A DNA stretch of 14,909 bases from assembly GCA_043813875.1 (NCBI GenBank), contig JBDRKP010000043.1, forward strand, positions 1 through 14,909, read 5' to 3'. This stretch comes from an archaeon (GTDB lineage: Archaea > EX4484-52 > B79-G9). Under the pieces are notes generated by a model. The model saw nothing but the letters and a program-made list of their open reading frames with translations. It was not told the DNA's origin and ran no database searches. Positions 1 to 7,115 of this stretch are shown one piece after another; within the stretch, counting starts at the first letter, position 1; every line of letters starts with the position of its first letter. The translations under genes were made by a program, and so were the position numbers.

Positions 1-154
1 ATTTTTTACGTGATGATCGCTCAGTCTCGCAACCTTTGTTTCCAATGCATTCGTGGTTTAATGCGTGCGTTTTAACGCATAAAATATCAATTTAGGTGCT
101 TCAAAAAAGACACACTATCACGGAAATTTTTGGCATACCCCATTTCTCAATAAC

Positions 155-162
155 TATAAATA
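155..162 (+). promoter_or_regulatory. Archaeal TATA box (TATAAATA), probably driving a leaderless transcript of the 186..1325 gene
   Basis: TATAAATA ends 23 nt before ATG 186; no SD motif in between. Confidence 0.6.
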
Positions 163-185
163 CGCATTAAGACAAAAATATAACC

Positions 186-1325
186 ATGAAAAGCGACCCT
201 ACTGACACATATTCAGAAATAGAAGAAAAAAGGACCTCAAAACTGGGCTACCTGATACTTGGCGCACTCTTCATCTTCCTCATAATCACCGGCCAGACCA
301 TCTACCACGACATAGCACAGATACCCGACCAGCCCATTCCCCCAAGCTACTGCGCAAACATGTACACCGAAAGCCTCACAGGCATGCGCTACTATGACCA
401 CCGCTGCACCTACAGCGAAATAGACAAAAAATATGGCATCGACACATTAATCACCTCACTGGAACCCGACATAAAAACAATATCCCAATACAACCAGCAA
501 TTATCAGAAAAAAACAGTCAGGCATACGCCAACGATATGCAGCTGAACGACCTGCTCCAGCAATACGACATAAGCCTCCAGGAGACAATGGCAAACGAAG
601 ACGCACTGATGGACAAGCCAGAGATAAAAAGACAGATAACAACCTTAAGAACAAACAGTGACAACATCAACGCACAGATAAAAGAACTGGAAGCCAAAAG
701 AAGCGCAATCATAGAACGCATAGACCCGAAACTGAAAGAACTCAAAATCGCATACGACAAAGCCGACGAAGAATACAAAAGCAAACTCGTATATTACAAC
801 ATCAAGACATTCATACTGAAGCTCCTGTTCATCCTGCCACTATTCCTCATTTTCCTCAGATACTACCTAAGGTACAAGAAAAAAGATAGCCCATACACGA
901 TAATCATAACAGCCATATTCTTCGCCACCACGATATTATTCCTTGAAATCGTATTGATCCTCCTATACGACATAATACCCAAAGGCCTCATAGAAAAGAT
1001 ACTCAACATATTCTTAAACAGCTCAATATTAAGATACGTCCTTTATTACACCGTCGTCATCATCGTCATCCTGATACTCGGCGGCATAGTATACTACATC
1101 CAGAAAAAGATATACGACCCAAAAAGAGTCGCAATAAGAAGCTTACGGAACAACAAATGCCCAAACTGCTCCTTCGACCTCAGCCTCTCAGACAGCCACT
1201 GCCCATACTGCGGGCGACAGATAAAAACAAAATGCCCCCACTGCAAAAACTATAGATACAGAGACCTCGCATACTGCCCGTCCTGCGGCAAGAGAAATGA
1301 TACCAACAAAGAAGACACCAAATAA
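186..1325 (+). CDS. Membrane protein: N-terminal TM, long coiled coil, about 3 further TM helices, C-terminal double zinc ribbon
   Basis: 379 aa ORF with hydrophobic segments (LGYLILGALFIFLIITG; FILKLLFILPLFLIFL; etc.), a helical Q/E/K-rich middle, and four CxxC motifs (CPNC, CPYC, CPHC, CPSC) at the C-terminus. Confidence 0.85.
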   Translation: MKSDPTDTYSEIEEKRTSKLGYLILGALFIFLIITGQTIYHDIAQIPDQPIPPSYCANMYTESLTGMRYYDHRCTYSEIDKKYGIDTLITSLEPDIKTISQYNQQLSEKNSQAYANDMQLNDLLQQYDISLQETMANEDALMDKPEIKRQITTLRTNSDNINAQIKELEAKRSAIIERIDPKLKELKIAYDKADEEYKSKLVYYNIKTFILKLLFILPLFLIFLRYYLRYKKKDSPYTIIITAIFFATTILFLEIVLILLYDIIPKGLIEKILNIFLNSSILRYVLYYTVVIIVILILGGIVYYIQKKIYDPKRVAIRSLRNNKCPNCSFDLSLSDSHCPYCGRQIKTKCPHCKNYRYRDLAYCPSCGKRNDTNKEDTK

Positions 1326-1439
1326 CCAAGCAACACTATCCGCCCCAGGAAAACTTCACGCACTTATCGGTTTCAAAAAGAACGTCACTCAATCTGAATA
1401 CACAAGAGACATCTAAAACCCATCCGAAACAAAAGCCGA

Positions 1440-2294
1440 TCACAAAGACAGCGCAACAAGCCCCAACAAAACAGAAACAATACCCACATTCTGGTTGAAA
1501 TCGACCCTCTCGCGATAAAGAATCCTTGCAAGAACAATGCTCACCGCAGGCGAGGCAGAACCGATAGGCGCGACAATCGCCGCATACTCAAAAGACACGC
1601 CCGCTCCATAAGAAAGATACGCGAGCGCATCAAGGACAGCGACACATGCGACAAAAAACAGGACACCCTTCGGGAACGAGACATCCTTTCCGGAAGAGCG
1701 CGAATACGCAATCAGGCAAAAGGTCATGACGACACCAGTCAAAAAGATCGGCAGAAACCATCCGATCTCCTCGACCAGGACATCTATGACCACAAAATCA
1801 ACACCAAAAGCAAGCGCCGCAACCACAGCATACTTAACGCCTGCCGCATGATTCTCAAGCTTCAAAAGATCCCTCCACCTGAAAGAAACAAGAACAGCGC
1901 CAGCAATAACAAGAACTACTCCGAAACCCTGCAAAAGCGCGAGCCTCTCGCCAAGAAAAGCAAGACTCAAAAAGACAGTAACAACAGCCCAGCACGAGGC
2001 GACAGGCATCACAATTGAAACTTTCCCTTCCTTAAGACTCCTGTAGAAGGCAAGATTGGCAACAACCCCAAGCACTGCAGAAACGACAACCAACGCAAGC
2101 GTAAACAAAGAAAAGACAGGCAACTCAAAGAAAAAAATAAAAATAGGCAGCAAAAACAGCACAAAGATTATCTGGCTCCAGAAAAATGCCCTGAACACAT
2201 CGCATCCCTTAACGGCTTTCGATATAAAGAAATCCGAAAAACCCCAACAGAACATGGCAATTACGCCGAAAATCACGCCAAAAGAGCCATCCAT
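1440..2294 (-). CDS. EamA/DMT family transporter
   Basis: 284 aa, about 10 TM helices in two repeats; AMFCWGFSDFF start, FYRSL..GKVSIVMP, LAFLGERL and ILYRER motifs typical of EamA repeats. Confidence 0.9.
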   Translation of the reverse strand: MDGSFGVIFGVIAMFCWGFSDFFISKAVKGCDVFRAFFWSQIIFVLFLLPIFIFFFELPVFSLFTLALVVVSAVLGVVANLAFYRSLKEGKVSIVMPVASCWAVVTVFLSLAFLGERLALLQGFGVVLVIAGAVLVSFRWRDLLKLENHAAGVKYAVVAALAFGVDFVVIDVLVEEIGWFLPIFLTGVVMTFCLIAYSRSSGKDVSFPKGVLFFVACVAVLDALAYLSYGAGVSFEYAAIVAPIGSASPAVSIVLARILYRERVDFNQNVGIVSVLLGLVALSL

Positions 2295-2351
2295 AAAAAA
2301 TATTGAAAAGCTGTATTAATATAGTCAACTACTCCACAAAAAGCAACAAAC

Positions 2352-2396
2352 TTAACAATCGTTAACTATTTAAACATTGCGCACAATTACAATGTT
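2352..2396. promoter_or_regulatory. Divergent promoter region: TATA (TTTAAA 2369-2374) flanked by two inverted repeats (candidate operators)
   Basis: TTAAC-aatc-GTTAA at 2352-2365 and AACATTG-N10-CAATGTT at 2373-2396. Confidence 0.5.
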
Positions 2397-2416
2397 ATAC
2401 ACAAGGTGAGTCAGCT

Positions 2417-2452
2417 ATGACTGGTGGACATATTTGCGGCACTAAGAAATGA
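2417..2452 (+). CDS. Putative 11-aa leader peptide MTGGHICGTKK
   Basis: SD AGGTGA at 2404-2409, 7 nt before ATG 2417; TGA at 2450-2452; first ATG-start ORF after the predicted promoter. Confidence 0.35.
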   Translation: MTGGHICGTKK

Positions 2453-2614
2453 AGAAACAGCTTATCTTAATTCTAACAATATAAAAAACAAACACATACA
2501 CAACCATTCTAATAACAACAACAATCAAGACACTCATTCTCAGAAATTCTACAGCATTACCTCGACCCATCTTCTCAGCACAAACTCAAGCAATTATTCC
2601 AAAGGAGGATTAAT

Positions 2615-2770
2615 ATGATATTCATGGCCAAAATAGAGGTAAAAGGGACAGGATCAGATATCACAAAGCATGTTTGCGAATATTGCGAACGCGGTGAGTG
2701 TGATAAAAACCCGGATTGCAAGTGTGAACCACCTTACAAACCAATCAATCTACAGTATCCAACCAACTGA
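2615..2770 (+). CDS. Small Cys-rich protein, 51 aa, possibly metal-binding
   Basis: SD GGAGG at 2604-2608. Manual translation: MIFMAKIEVKGTGSDITKHVCEYCERGECDKNPDCKCEPPYKPINLQYPTN, with HxCxxCx4Cx5CxC. Below the ORF-track size cutoff. Confidence 0.7.
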   Translation: MIFMAKIEVKGTGSDITKHVCEYCERGECDKNPDCKCEPPYKPINLQYPTN

Positions 2771-2808
2771 AACAGACAAAAATCTGATAATCACGGAGGA
2801 CGATAAAA

Positions 2809-3750
2809 ATGAAGACTGCGACAATGACAAGACAAAATACTCACATAAAGCAGGACATCACAGAACTCATAGGAAACACGCCGATGATAAGGATAAAAAA
2901 GATTCTTCCAGAGGGCGCAGCCGAAGTCTACGCCAAACTCGAATGGTACAACATCGGCTCATCCGTAAAAGACCGCATGGCCCTTCGACTCATAGAGAAA
3001 GCAGAAAAAGACGGGCGAATCACGAGTGGAAAAGTCATCCTCGAGGCAACATCAGGCAACACCGGGATAGCATTGGCGATGATCGCGGCAGCAAAAGGCT
3101 ATAAAATCGAGCTCGTCATGCCCGAATCCGTAAGCATCGAAAGAAGAAAGATAATCAGGGCATACGACGCTAAACTCACACTCTCCCCGGGCGCAAAAGG
3201 AACCGGCGGCGCAGTCGAACTGAAATACCAGATGCTGAAAGAAAACCCAAAAAAATACGTCGACATCGACCAGTTCCGTGACCCAGCAAACATCGAAGCC
3301 CACTACGACACCACAGCAAAAGAGATACTCGACCAGACCGGCGGCGACCTCGACATGGTAGTCGTAGGCATCGGTACCGCAGGAACAAGCGTCGGCATCT
3401 CAAAAAGGATGAAAGAGCACAACCCGAAAATAAAGATAATCGGAGTGATACCAGAACTAGGATCGGCAATACAGGGATTGAGAAACCCCTGCGAAAACTA
3501 CCCCACGCAGCTCTACAAAAGTGGATATTTCGACGAAATCGTAGAGATAAAAAAAGAAGAGATACCAAAAACCATCGAAATAACACGCGAATTAGCCAAA
3601 AAAGAGGGACTCCTCGTTGGCATGAGCGCAGGCGCCGCGATGTACATAGCAAAAAGAAAAGCAATAGAGCTAGGTCCAGGCAAAAAGATAGTCACAATAT
3701 TCCCGGACAACGGCTTCAAATACCTAAGCACATCTCTCTTCGAAGAATAA
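2809..3750 (+). CDS. cysM: PLP-dependent cysteine synthase (CysK/CysM family, CysM-like)
   Basis: IGNTPM, SVKDR (PLP Lys54), EATSGNTG, GIGTAGT, GMSAGAA and PDNGFKYLST motifs; IQGLRN loop; SD GGAGG at 2795-2799. Confidence 0.92.
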   Translation: MKTATMTRQNTHIKQDITELIGNTPMIRIKKILPEGAAEVYAKLEWYNIGSSVKDRMALRLIEKAEKDGRITSGKVILEATSGNTGIALAMIAAAKGYKIELVMPESVSIERRKIIRAYDAKLTLSPGAKGTGGAVELKYQMLKENPKKYVDIDQFRDPANIEAHYDTTAKEILDQTGGDLDMVVVGIGTAGTSVGISKRMKEHNPKIKIIGVIPELGSAIQGLRNPCENYPTQLYKSGYFDEIVEIKKEEIPKTIEITRELAKKEGLLVGMSAGAAMYIAKRKAIELGPGKKIVTIFPDNGFKYLSTSLFEE

Positions 3751-3778
3751 AACAGAAATCAAAAAGGAGGTAAGAAAA

Positions 3779-3832
3779 ATGGAAACAATAATGGGTGAAT
3801 ACCGGTGCAATCAAAGAACACACTATACCTGA
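3779..3832 (+). CDS. Possible 17-aa ORF METIMGEYRCNQRTHYT overlapping the SerK-like start (or the frameshifted true N-terminus of that gene)
   Basis: Strong SD AGGAGGT at 3765-3771, 7 nt before ATG 3779; this ATG is out of frame with the 3795 ORF. Confidence 0.3.
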   Translation: METIMGEYRCNQRTHYT

Positions 3833-4274
3833 TATAACAGAACACAACATAAAATTAACCAACATAAAAGACCTGAAACCACACGAACAAATAAACCCCA
3901 AGAGACTACTGGAAGTCAAAAAAAGTATAATAATCGAAGGCCTCAAATACCCGATAGTAGCAGACAAGAAAACCAACATAATTCTTGACGGTCACCACAG
4001 GTTCAACGCCTTCAAAAAACTAAACATAAAAAACATCCCCGTCTACTATGTCAACTATCTGGATGACAAAATAATTCTTGACACTTGGAGCAGGCAAAAA
4101 ATAACAAAAGAGGACGTCATAAACAAAGTAGAATCAGGCGGACTATTCCCAGAGAAAACAACCAGGCACATGCTCGCAACACAAGACGGGCCAACACACA
4201 TATCCGAAGCGCTTCCAAAAATAGATCTTGACATAACCCGCCTGACAAAAAACAGGTATGAACCATTCCAATAA
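3795..4274 (+). CDS. ParB/Srx-fold protein, short SerK/SbnI-like free serine kinase homologue
   Basis: LKPHEQ, ILDGHHRF, NYLD...TW and TKEDV...G.LFPEKTTRH motifs match the SerK/SbnI family; directly downstream of the cysteine synthase. GTG start uncertain. Confidence 0.8.
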   Translation: MNTGAIKEHTIPDITEHNIKLTNIKDLKPHEQINPKRLLEVKKSIIIEGLKYPIVADKKTNIILDGHHRFNAFKKLNIKNIPVYYVNYLDDKIILDTWSRQKITKEDVINKVESGGLFPEKTTRHMLATQDGPTHISEALPKIDLDITRLTKNRYEPFQ

Positions 4275-4299
4275 AAAGATTAGAAATATTATAAAGAAC

Positions 4300-4758
4300 A
4301 TGAAAGGAAAAATCCACTCAATCAACATAAGCGCAACAAAAGGCATCCCAAAGACCCCCGTAGCAGCAGCCGACGCGATAGCAGGCTGGGGCCTAAAAGA
4401 CGATTCCCATGCACAGCCAGGCATAAGACAGGTCAGCCTCCTTGCCATGGAGAGCATAGAAAAACAGAAAGAATGCGCAAAAATAAAGAAAAAAGACATC
4501 GACCTAAAGCCCGGCGACTTCGCAGAAAACATAACGACAGTCGGCATAGACCTGAAAAACCTACCCATAGGCACGAAAATAAAAGCAGGAGATGAAGTCA
4601 TCCTAGAGATATCAAAGATCGGAAAAGAATGCCACATCGGCTGCGCCATATTCCAGAAACTAGGGAGTTGCATCATGCCAAAAGAAGGCATATTCGCAAA
4701 AATAATCAAAGGCGGCACGATAAAAAAAGGCGACACACTCGAGACAATAGACAAATAA
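4300..4758 (+). CDS. MOSC domain protein (stand-alone putative sulfur carrier)
   Basis: GKIHSINIS..KG..K, G..DDSHA...RQVSLL, PGDFAENITT, GKECHIGCAIF...GSCIMPKEGIFA motifs. ATG 4300 preferred over 4258 because the family N-terminus starts there. Confidence 0.9.
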   Translation: MKGKIHSINISATKGIPKTPVAAADAIAGWGLKDDSHAQPGIRQVSLLAMESIEKQKECAKIKKKDIDLKPGDFAENITTVGIDLKNLPIGTKIKAGDEVILEISKIGKECHIGCAIFQKLGSCIMPKEGIFAKIIKGGTIKKGDTLETIDK

Positions 4759-4778
4759 TCCAAAAAAAAGACATCACA

Positions 4779-5252
4779 TCAAAGAACTTTAGACATCCTG
4801 ACCACACGGATGCATCCTCCCTGCAAACCAGTCTCATACACCCTATCCTCAACAAAAACATAACCATTCCTTCTATAAAAACCGACACCATTAAGAGAAG
4901 AATCAAGAACCAGCTTAAAGACGCCCGATTCTCTGGCGCAATTCTCCAAAAAATCAAGCAGCTTCTTCCCGAGTTTTTTGCCCTGGAACTTCGGATCCAC
5001 AAACATCCCCTTAACCTCATCACGATTCAGGCCAGCGCACCCAACCACCCTGCCTTCAAGAGAAAGCACAAAAAATTTCCATCCCTCAGTATACTTCATG
5101 AAATTCTCTCCCGAATACAATGACACCCAATAACGCCTCTCATCATCATTATAGACATCCCTAGAGCAAACCTCAATGCATTTCCCAACAAGGCGGGACA
5201 CATCATCTATATCTCCACCAGCCATTTCACGTATATCAGACAATCCATCCAT
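4779..5252 (-). CDS. GNAT family N-acetyltransferase
   Basis: MFVDPKFQGKKLGKKLL acetyl-CoA motif A and NGVGFYRRNGY motif B. ATG 5252 preferred over TTG 5267. Confidence 0.88.
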   Translation of the reverse strand: MDGLSDIREMAGGDIDDVSRLVGKCIEVCSRDVYNDDERRYWVSLYSGENFMKYTEGWKFFVLSLEGRVVGCAGLNRDEVKGMFVDPKFQGKKLGKKLLDFLENCARESGVFKLVLDSSLNGVGFYRRNGYVFVEDRVYETGLQGGCIRVVRMSKVL

Positions 5253-5334
5253 ACAAAACAATGGCAATCCAGCATTGAAATATTTATTGACACAAATAAC
5301 AAAATAATAGAAAATTTGAAATATTTAACAAAAA

Positions 5335-5342
5335 TTTAAATA
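5335..5342 (+). promoter_or_regulatory. TATA box for a leaderless transcript of the 5365 gene
   Basis: TTTAAATA ends 22 nt before ATG 5365; no SD. Confidence 0.5.
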
Positions 5343-5364
5343 ATTCCACAACAATCCCATAAAC

Positions 5365-6018
5365 ATGACAAACACAACAGCACAGGTATGGAAATACATA
5401 AGCAATGACACAGCGATCAAAAAACTGCTGTCAAAAGGACTGATAAACAACAGGGCTCTGGCAAAAAGAATAATCAAAGACCTCAACATGGCAACAACAG
5501 CCGAGACAGTAGTAAGCGCAATAAGACGCTACGACAACTGGGAAACCGAAACCAGTGAGACATATCAGAAAGCGCGAAAACTCCTCCAGAAATCCACATA
5601 TTCATCAAAAACCAACATCTGCACAATCACACTAAAAAAAGACACCACAATCCAGAACTATTTGCCAAAAATATTCTCACACATCGACTTCTCAAGAGGT
5701 GAAATATTGAGAATAGTCCAGGGCGAACTTTCCGTCAAGATAATAATCGACGAGCATAAACTGGAAAAAATACTTGATTTGATTCCTGAATCCCAGATAG
5801 CAGACATAAGAAAACATCTGGTGGAACAAAACATACTCTTTGATAAAGAAGGAGAAAAAACACCTGGACTGGTATCTCTTATAACAAACGAATTATCCTC
5901 GAACAACATAAACATGGAAGAAGTTCTTACCTGCGTCCCCGAACTGATAATCCTTATAGACGAAAAAGATTATATCAAAAGCACAAAAATACTTTTCCAG
6001 TTGATTAAGGAAATATAA
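5365..6018 (+). CDS. N-terminal helical/HTH-like plus C-terminal ACT-domain protein (putative amino-acid-binding regulator)
   Basis: GLINNRALAKRI...VVSAIRRY N-terminus and TPGLVSLITNELSSNNINMEEVLTC..ELIILIDEKD ACT-like C-terminus, a pattern seen in archaeal ACT proteins. Confidence 0.75.
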   Translation: MTNTTAQVWKYISNDTAIKKLLSKGLINNRALAKRIIKDLNMATTAETVVSAIRRYDNWETETSETYQKARKLLQKSTYSSKTNICTITLKKDTTIQNYLPKIFSHIDFSRGEILRIVQGELSVKIIIDEHKLEKILDLIPESQIADIRKHLVEQNILFDKEGEKTPGLVSLITNELSSNNINMEEVLTCVPELIILIDEKDYIKSTKILFQLIKEI

Positions 6019-6030
6019 GCCGTTCGTGCC

Positions 6031-6561
6031 TCAAACAAACCTCTTCATTTCGCGCAAAAAACAATCGTAAAGCTCCCCATCAACAGCACAAAGCACAACC
6101 TCAAAACCAGCATTTTTCTCCAAAAAACGCGAAACCACAGAAACCATCGCATGCGCCGCCTCCCTCTTATCGACACCCCCGACACCCGTACCCATACCCG
6201 GAAACGCAATCTTCTTAAGCCCTTTTTCCCGAGCAAGCAAAAGCGCCGCCAAGACCGCCTTCCTCACATTAAGAACCCCTATCCTCTCAACAGGCCCGAC
6301 CATAGTAGGCGCATGAATCACATACCTCGAAGCCAGCCTTCCCGCCGTAGTCATCACAGCAGAACCGACAGCAATCGGCGCCTGCAAAACCGCCTCGTCC
6401 TCGATCATCTCACCACCTATGCGCCTGATCGCAAGCGCAACCCCGCCGCCCATAGTGCCAGCTGAATTCGCAGGATTGACAATAGCATCGACCTTCTGTT
6501 CAGTGATATCTCCCTTCACAACAGAAACATCTTTCAGAATACCACCTATTAAACAGCTCAA
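6031..6561 (-). CDS. Macrodomain protein (AF1521/MacroD-like ADP-ribose binding or hydrolase)
   Basis: VVKGDIT, DAIVNPAN, GGGVALAI, YVIHAPT and IAFPGMGTGVGG motifs. Start codon uncertain. Confidence 0.93.
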   Translation of the reverse strand: MSCLIGGILKDVSVVKGDITEQKVDAIVNPANSAGTMGGGVALAIRRIGGEMIEDEAVLQAPIAVGSAVMTTAGRLASRYVIHAPTMVGPVERIGVLNVRKAVLAALLLAREKGLKKIAFPGMGTGVGGVDKREAAHAMVSVVSRFLEKNAGFEVVLCAVDGELYDCFLREMKRFV

Positions 6562-6926
6562 AATTCCCCGCCGCGATAAGCCCAGTAAGCCGCAGCAACA
6601 GGCATCAAGAAATCCTCAACGAACATAAAAGGCTGATTCTGGAACCGTGAAAAAAGATAAGAGACACTAAAAGAATTGAAAAACCCAAGATCATAAAGCG
6701 AAATCCCAACCACTAAAAGACCAAGCCCCGCAACCACCATACTCGGACTCCCGGCAATCATATAACCGCCGATGACAAAAAAAAGGACCATATGGATTGT
6801 CAAAAGAGGCATCAAAAGCAGGTGATTAAACCCGATAAGACTGAACTTAAGATAACCGGCATAAATAAACGCCGCCCCTACAACCAGCTCAATGATGCGC
6901 CCATTCATACTAGATATATGGGACAT
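6558..6926 (-). CDS. Hypothetical membrane protein (about 4 TM)
   Basis: 122 aa hydrophobic ORF with G/T-rich codons like other minus-strand genes; stop overlaps the macrodomain start; good promoter upstream. Confidence 0.7.
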   Translation of the reverse strand: MSHISSMNGRIIELVVGAAFIYAGYLKFSLIGFNHLLLMPLLTIHMVLFFVIGGYMIAGSPSMVVAGLGLLVVGISLYDLGFFNSFSVSYLFSRFQNQPFMFVEDFLMPVAAAYWAYRGGEF

Positions 6927-6966
6927 CAGTCATATATCAAACTATCGGTTGACCTCAACAAAAACG

Positions 6967-6982
6967 TTTATAAAACTTTCCC
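6967..6982 (-). promoter_or_regulatory. BRE-TATA promoter for the membrane protein/macrodomain operon
   Basis: Minus strand reads GGGAAAGT-TTTATAAA, about 40 nt upstream of ATG 6926. Confidence 0.55.
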
Positions 6983-7045
6983 ACAAAAAGAGTAAGTCTA
7001 ATCACAGGCAAACAACTTGAATAACTTGAATTGACAACAACAACC

Positions 7046-7060
7046 CGAAAAACATATAAA
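7046..7060 (+). promoter_or_regulatory. BRE-TATA promoter for fusA
   Basis: CGAAAAA-CATATAAA; SD-like AGGCGA at 7105-7110. Confidence 0.5.
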
Positions 7061-7115
7061 CAAGAGATAATCAAAATAACAAGAATCAAAAAATAATCAC
7101 AAAAAGGCGATAACA

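Noticed and set aside
61..80. Short inverted repeat ATGCGT...ACGCAT
   Set aside because: Only a 6-bp stem near the window edge with no context or second copy.
2469..2600. Recurring ATTCT pentamers in the cys leader
   Set aside because: Irregular spacing in low-complexity sequence; cannot be distinguished from chance without statistics.
2424..3104. Track ORFs 2424..2618 and 2670..3104
   Set aside because: Low-complexity N/H/K/R products without SD; they overlap the better-supported 2615..2770 ORF and cysM.
2450..3832. TGA stops of the three micro-ORFs as selenocysteine codons
   Set aside because: Read-through gives short or low-complexity extensions, and I see no SECIS-like hairpin or Sec machinery.
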